DNA from: Eledone cirrhosa
Lineage: Eukaryota
Length of the DNA: 64,000 nucleotides
Assembly (NCBI GenBank): GCA_964016885.1
Contig: OZ024751.1
Coordinates: forward strand, 9,424,001 to 9,488,000
Direction: 5' to 3'
The notes below the pieces were generated by a model. That model worked only from the letters and a program-made list of their open reading frames with translations, was not told the origin of the DNA and did no database searches. The translations under genes were made by a program, and so were the position numbers. Position 1 is the first letter of the stretch. The number at the start of each line of letters is the position of its first letter. Positions 58,181-64,000 of the stretch are shown here, piece after piece.

Positions 58181-59105
58181 AAGAAAGAAGAGTAACATGG
58201 TTGGCTGTACAATAAGGGCTTTATTTAAAGTACTGACAATTGTTTCGTTGATCAGGTGTGTCTAGAGTTCGCTAATCGCTTGAGGTTGCGTCAATCTATC
58301 TCCAATACATTGTTAACCACGGGTCAACACATCAGAGTACGTAGATATGAAAATAATTCACTCAAGGCAAGACTTATATAGAAAAACAACGTAAAGCCAA
58401 GACAATAACATCAATAATAAAAAAGCGTATAATTAAAACAATAACATCAATAATAAAACATGTATGTTAAATAGATAGACAAGTTACAGATGTAAAAAGT
58501 AGAAAGTAAAATATAAGATAGGGTACATTAAAAAATAATAAGAAAAAATAATAATTGCACGCACTCTCATTTATTTCTTTATATTTTCCATTTCCTCATT
58601 TTCTTATTATTTTTTAATGTACCCTATCTTATATTTTACTTTTTACTTTTTACTTTTTACATCTGTAACTTCTCTATTTACCATACATGTTTTATTATTG
58701 ATGTTATTGTTTTGGTTTTACGTTGTTTTTCTATATAAGTCTTGCCTCGATTGAATTATTTTCATGTCTACGTACTCTGATGTATTGACCAGTGGTAAAC
58801 AATTTATTAGAGATCGATTGACGCAACCTCAAGCGATTAGCGAACTCTGAACTCACCTGATCAACGAAACAATTGTCAGTACTTTAAATAAAGCCCTTAT
58901 TGTACAGCCAAACATGTTACTCTTCTTTCTTTAACTCTTATTATTCCAAGTATAACCTGCATAGAAATTACCGCGAACTCGCTGCATAACTAAGGAAAGA
59001 TCTTGTTAAGTCAAACAAAGCAGTATGTTAAAAATATGCACGACGCAGAGTACTCGTAACCTCTAACTGGATTACCTATAACGAAAACTTGTTATCCGTT
59101 TTGTA
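58176..59105. mobile_element. Head-to-head foldback of family A, HHRs at 58230-58340 (-) and 58772-58882 (+)
   Basis: Arms ~58176-58546 and ~58599-58936; ~170-nt tail on the right arm only. Confidence 0.85.
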
Positions 59106-59120
59106 CATATATATATATAT

Positions 59121-59198
<78 letters not shown>

Positions 59199-59218
59199 GT
59201 GTGTGTGTGTGTGTGCGT

Positions 59219-59267
<49 letters not shown>

Positions 59268-59427
59268 AGTGTGTGTATTTATTTTTTTATATATATATAT
59301 ATGTATCCAGGCAATGTATCGTTAGGTTACTGTAGGTTCACCCAGGTGACCACTCGATGTTTAGGTTCAAGTTACTAGCGAGGTGAAGAGCTAGACAGAG
59401 TGTAATATAATAATACATGAACGATTT

Positions 59428-59509
59428 GTTAAGCCTTCATTGCGTTTATTGATTGGTGATCAATAGCGGAACGCACGTCACCAATCAATAAACGTAATGA
59501 AGGCTTAAC
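59428..59509. repeat. Small foldback related to the 48770-48805 terminus
   Basis: GTTAAGCCTTCATTGCGTTTATTGATTGGTGA / TCACCAATCAATAAACGTAATGAAGGCTTAAC; GGAACGCACGTC resembles GAAACGCGCGTC. Confidence 0.7.
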
Positions 59510-59525
59510 AAACCATCCGTGTATC

Positions 59526-59592
<67 letters not shown>

Positions 59593-59595
<3 letters not shown>

Positions 59596-59729
59596 GTAAG
59601 TATGTATGTATACGTACATACATATATGTATACAGACGTACAGTAACATGACAAACAAGCGAACAAAGCTGCGTTATAATAAACGTCGGCTAAATTGATG
59701 CGTGCATATATGTATGTGTACCTGTATGC

Positions 59730-59782
<53 letters not shown>

Positions 59783-60325
59783 TGCTACTGTACGTCTGTA
59801 TACATATATGTATGTACGTATACATACATACTTACATTTAAGTAAGTGCCATACTAAGAGTGAGAAATGAAATTTCGTTTTCATTTTTTTTCAACTTGTC
59901 GTTTTCGGTATGCCTGACCGATTTAACTCACTCAATATGCAAATTAGGCTGCTCAGCCGTTAATTTTCATAAGGAAAGTATATACTTTCGAACGTTCAAC
60001 TATCTGGCAGATGGGTAAACGGTGCTGATGATAGCTAACAAGCTTGAAACTAGTACATCGTTCCTGTGTCAGTGTTGAACAAAAAGGTGACGTGGTTGCC
60101 TTAACACCGTATGGCATAAATTCAGGCTGTTCGGTTTGTTGACAAACAAGCGAACAAAGCTGCGTTATAATAAACGTCGGCTAAACTGATGCGTGCATAT
60201 ATATATATATATGCATGCTACTGTACGTCTGTATACATATATGTATGTACGTATACATACATACTTACATTTAAGTAAGTGCCATACTAAGAGTGAGAAA
60301 TGAAATTTCGTTTTCATTTTTTTTC

Positions 60326-60329
<4 letters not shown>
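59593..60329 (+). mobile_element. Retrozyme-like non-coding partial tandem (~490-nt unit) with HHR and an inverted 5' piece
   Basis: 59650-59896 is repeated at 60141-60329; 59593-59650 is an inversion of 59781-59838. Confidence 0.75.
60018..60062 (+). ncRNA. Minimal type I hammerhead ribozyme, intact core
   Basis: AACGGTG-CTGATGA-TAGCT-AACA-AGCTT-GAAAC-TA-GTA-CATCGTT. Confidence 0.85.
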
Positions 60330-60367
<38 letters not shown>

Positions 60368-60377
60368 TTGTAACCCT

Positions 60378-61955
60378 ATGGAGTGCAAAACGGAGCTGGA
60401 AAAGTGTTTCACAAAAATACGTTGGAATGCAAAGGTAAACAACAACAACAATAATAACGGTAGTAGTAATATAAACAATAACTCTGAGTATAGAAATAAC
60501 AGCCATAACTATAACAATAGCAGGAAAGTGAGAAATAGTGATAATGGTAATAATACTAGCGATAGACAGAACAACAACAACCACAATAATAATAATAATA
60601 GAAACATTAACCACAGACACAGCAACAGTGACCACAGTAGTAATAACGGTAACAATACGAACAACAACAACAATAACCACAGTGGTAATAATGGAAATAG
60701 TACATGTAGCAACATCAATGATAGACACAACAAAAACAAGAAACATAATAAAAGTAACAACCACAATGGTAGAAATAACAGTAACAACAACAACAATAAC
60801 GGTGAAGTAAACAACAATACATCTAGCAATCATAACAATAATAATAATGCTAATGATAGAAACAACAACAACCACCCTGATAACAATAATAGCAACACAC
60901 ACAACTATGACGATAGATATAATGACAACCCCTTAGAGAAACTATTTTTCAACCCAGCTGACAAAACATATAAGATGGGTAATATCTATCCTACGAGGTT
61001 ACCCTTTAATAAAAGAGTTTGCATACCACAACAAATAGATGACGAGACAGAGGCACAGTTCACCATAGCTAGAAATAAGATTAGACAAATAGTAGACAGG
61101 TATACTAAGAGACAGAGCAGACCAGAGGCCCAACAACTTGGGAGGAAACCTGTAGAAGGCTTGGTTAGCCTCAAGCAGCGCACAAGGGATGGTGAGGTAG
61201 TGTGTCTACCCACGGATAAGTCTGGTAGGATGTCAATAGATAGCATGCCGAACTACATCGAGGCTATGCAACCCCACATCACCAACACGAGCGAAATTGC
61301 ACAACAAATACACGATGGGAGAGAAGAAATCCTCAACGCTCACATGATGATGTGGACTGACATCCTAAAGCCAAGCAGACGCACTGCCAACAACTTCCAG
61401 GCGTCTAACAATGGCATACCACCCTTGTATGGGCTCCGCAAAGACCACAACACAGTCGACGACCCGACAACAGGACCACCAACAAGACCCGTATGCGGAG
61501 CTAATATAGCTAGCAACTACAGGATCTCCTACTTCCTCTCAATGGTTATACGCCCCATAATCAAGATGTCCCCAGATGTATGTGACAGTACAGAGGACCT
61601 CCTCAGCAGAATCAGTGAGTGCAACAAAAACAGGAGCCTATCCAACTGCATAATAGGCAGCATGGATGTGGTGTCACTGTACCCATCCATTAACATTGAT
61701 TTTGCTGTGAAAAGATGTGTGGAGATGATCATTGAGAGTGAGGTGAAGTTCTGCGACGTCGACACAGACGAACTGGGCCTCCTACTTAGACTTACCTACG
61801 ACACTGACTACCTAGACAGCCATGACCTTAGATGTTTCTGCCCTAGTAGACCTATAAGAGGTAGACCCCCCCACCATAACCTCAATGGCAAAAAAGACTC
61901 CCATGGGAAGGTGGATTGGGTGGACCAAAGCTATATGGACCCCCCAAAACAATGA
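60378..61955 (+). CDS. PLE polyprotein N-terminal part (Asn-rich insert + RT fingers/palm), frameshift near 61866-61873
   Basis: Homologous to 46471-47247 up to RGRPP. Confidence 0.85.
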   Translation: MECKTELEKCFTKIRWNAKVNNNNNNNGSSNINNNSEYRNNSHNYNNSRKVRNSDNGNNTSDRQNNNNHNNNNNRNINHRHSNSDHSSNNGNNTNNNNNNHSGNNGNSTCSNINDRHNKNKKHNKSNNHNGRNNSNNNNNNGEVNNNTSSNHNNNNNANDRNNNNHPDNNNSNTHNYDDRYNDNPLEKLFFNPADKTYKMGNIYPTRLPFNKRVCIPQQIDDETEAQFTIARNKIRQIVDRYTKRQSRPEAQQLGRKPVEGLVSLKQRTRDGEVVCLPTDKSGRMSIDSMPNYIEAMQPHITNTSEIAQQIHDGREEILNAHMMMWTDILKPSRRTANNFQASNNGIPPLYGLRKDHNTVDDPTTGPPTRPVCGANIASNYRISYFLSMVIRPIIKMSPDVCDSTEDLLSRISECNKNRSLSNCIIGSMDVVSLYPSINIDFAVKRCVEMIIESEVKFCDVDTDELGLLLRLTYDTDYLDSHDLRCFCPSRPIRGRPPHHNLNGKKDSHGKVDWVDQSYMDPPKQ

Positions 61956-61978
61956 TGATGTAAGAAAAATGGTCGCAC

Positions 61979-63163
61979 ATGGCAATAAGGGCTAGTATCA
62001 AAACTACCCTAAAGGGCCACATATTTAAGTTCAATGAGAAAATCTACACCCAAAATGAGGGAGCAGCCATCGGCGTCAGCATAGCTGGTGATGATGCCAA
62101 CCTTTTCATGGTATGGTGGGAAAGGAGACTTAAAGATCTCCTTAATGAGAGCTCCATAGACCTCATCATGTACACTCGTTATGTAGACGATATCAATATA
62201 GTTATAAGAACACCCCCACTAGAGAGCACTAACAAGTTTGATTTAGAACGTAGCACGATGGAAAGCATCCAGCAGATAGCTAATTCCATACACCAGAGTA
62301 TAACTGTAACTATCGACTTCCCTTCCAAACACCCTAACAATAGACTACCTGTATTAGACACAGAACTCTGGATTAACACTATAGACGAGAGAGCCCAAAT
62401 TCTCCACTCACACTATGCTAAACCCATGGCCTCCAAATACCTGATACTCAAAAACTCAGCAATTTCCAGTAGTGCTAAGTTTAATATTCTGATCGCAGAT
62501 TTGGTACGAGTGATGAAGAATGTGTCCCGCATGTGCGACCCAACAGAAATGGAAAGACACATCCAACACTTCATCAACCGCATGCAGTTCTCTGGCTACA
62601 ACCAAAGAGACAGAGTCAGAGAATACGAAGGAGCCATGGAGAAGTATAAGACCCTCATAGAACTGGACATGAAAGGAATTTGCCCATTATACAGGAGCAA
62701 ATCATGGAATAGCTTAGATAGAGCTAGACATAAGATAGGGAAAGCCACCTCATGGTACGACAACAAGAGATACCAGAGTGTCATGTTTGTGGACGCCACC
62801 ACTGGAGGGAAATTAGCTAACCAGTGTAGAAAGACCCTGAGAAAGACCCACTTAAAAATAAAGGTGGTAGAAAAGCCAGGAACCACCATAAAATCCCTGA
62901 TCAGCAAAACCTACCCTTTTAAGAAAACCCACTGTACCAATAGGAAATGTATCATATGTAAGGTGAACCCCCGGATAAACTGTAAAACTAGAAACGTAGT
63001 CTATAGCATAAGATGTACAGAGGGTACTTGCAGAAACATGACAACAACATACATAGGTGAGACAGCTCGTAGCATAGGTGAAAGGATAGACCAACACTGG
63101 GGGGGGGGGGGGGGGTTGGCTAAAATGACGAAAAAACGGGTCAGTACTATACGAACATGCTAG
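61979..63163 (+). CDS. PLE RT palm/thumb + GIY-YIG, frameshift at poly-G 63099-63115
   Basis: Colinear with 45383..46441. Confidence 0.85.
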   Translation: MAIRASIKTTLKGHIFKFNEKIYTQNEGAAIGVSIAGDDANLFMVWWERRLKDLLNESSIDLIMYTRYVDDINIVIRTPPLESTNKFDLERSTMESIQQIANSIHQSITVTIDFPSKHPNNRLPVLDTELWINTIDERAQILHSHYAKPMASKYLILKNSAISSSAKFNILIADLVRVMKNVSRMCDPTEMERHIQHFINRMQFSGYNQRDRVREYEGAMEKYKTLIELDMKGICPLYRSKSWNSLDRARHKIGKATSWYDNKRYQSVMFVDATTGGKLANQCRKTLRKTHLKIKVVEKPGTTIKSLISKTYPFKKTHCTNRKCIICKVNPRINCKTRNVVYSIRCTEGTCRNMTTTYIGETARSIGERIDQHWGGGGGLAKMTKKRVSTIRTC

Positions 63164-63790
63164 ACAACAACATGACGGTAACATAGACAACATAGAAATT
63201 AGAATAATATCTAAACATGGAAATGGTCCAGCAGATAGACAAATCAGAGAGGCCAGTGAAATAGAAATTAGAAGACCAAAGCTAAACAGAAAGAATGAAT
63301 GGAATAACAACAACACCGAATCAAACAACACTGACCTAAGAGAAGTATAAATAAGTAAATAAAATAAGATAAATAAATACATACACAAGCACAATAACAA
63401 CAAGCACATAAACACACACTAGTCACCCATCACACAGCAAACATAACACTATACACACACGCAAACGCATGCGCAATATACACACTATATACACACGCAA
63501 ACGCATGAGCAAACGCATGCGCAAAATAAAATAAACAAACAAGCAAATAAATAAATATATAGACAGACTGAATGTGCAACGAAAGATTTATGACAAACTA
63601 TATATATGTGTTTGTGTCTATATTGTATCTGTATTATTTTTGACCGTGGGTCAGTCAATGGCAACATTGAGGACCGTGTAAGTTAGATTACCGATATAAA
63701 AGACAGCGAGAAGCGAAAACCAACCAAACAGTGAATGTGTTCTGTTATTAATTCTGGCAATATTACACAAATATGACCCTGCCCAAGTAT

Positions 63791-63875
<85 letters not shown>

Positions 63876-64000
63876 GTAGAAGGTGAGTTTTATTGTAGAA
63901 CAATAAACCAATTATTGTAGAACAATAAACCTTTTTTCCTCTTCCTTCCTGTTTTCCCCTTCCTTCCTTTTTTCCAATCTTCTATATCCTTTTAAATTTA

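Larger units (their letters stand above)
60362..63796 (+). mobile_element. Near full-length Penelope-like element (YVDD-type) with 3' pseudo-LTR
   Basis: ORFs 60378..61955 and 61979..63163: [40 protein letters not shown]; terminal ATGACCCTGCCCAAGTATAACAAT-(AT)n. Confidence 0.92.

Overview
This is AT-rich eukaryotic repeat-dominated DNA with no prokaryotic gene structure. It is most likely cephalopod/octopus-like, which is an inference from the extreme (AT)n/(CA)n/(AG)n density and the SINE types. It contains four substantial but disrupted Penelope-like retroelements (PLEs; RT + C-terminal GIY-YIG) from two lineages (YRDD-type at 13.5-16.0 and 49.3-53.9 kb; YVDD-type at 45.0-47.2 and 60.4-63.8 kb), plus two smaller PLE fragments, RTE and CR1-like LINE 3' fragments, many tRNA-derived SINEs and a 30-bp minisatellite. 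Almost all short ORFs in the track are microsatellite artefacts. The main hidden signal is non-coding. At least ten unrelated short element families sit in (AT)n tracts and carry type-I hammerhead-ribozyme (HHR) motifs (CUGANGA...GAAA-palindrome-NUH), some with very long stem-II inserts or variant cores. They repeatedly adopt the same architecture: a head-to-head foldback in which both 3' ends point outward into the flanking tracts and only one arm carries an extra 30-170 nt tail. This suggests a population of HHR-bearing non-autonomous PLE/retrozyme-like parasites inserted by double priming at the self-complementary (AT)n target. All motifs and boundaries were read by eye, so coordinates are approximate.
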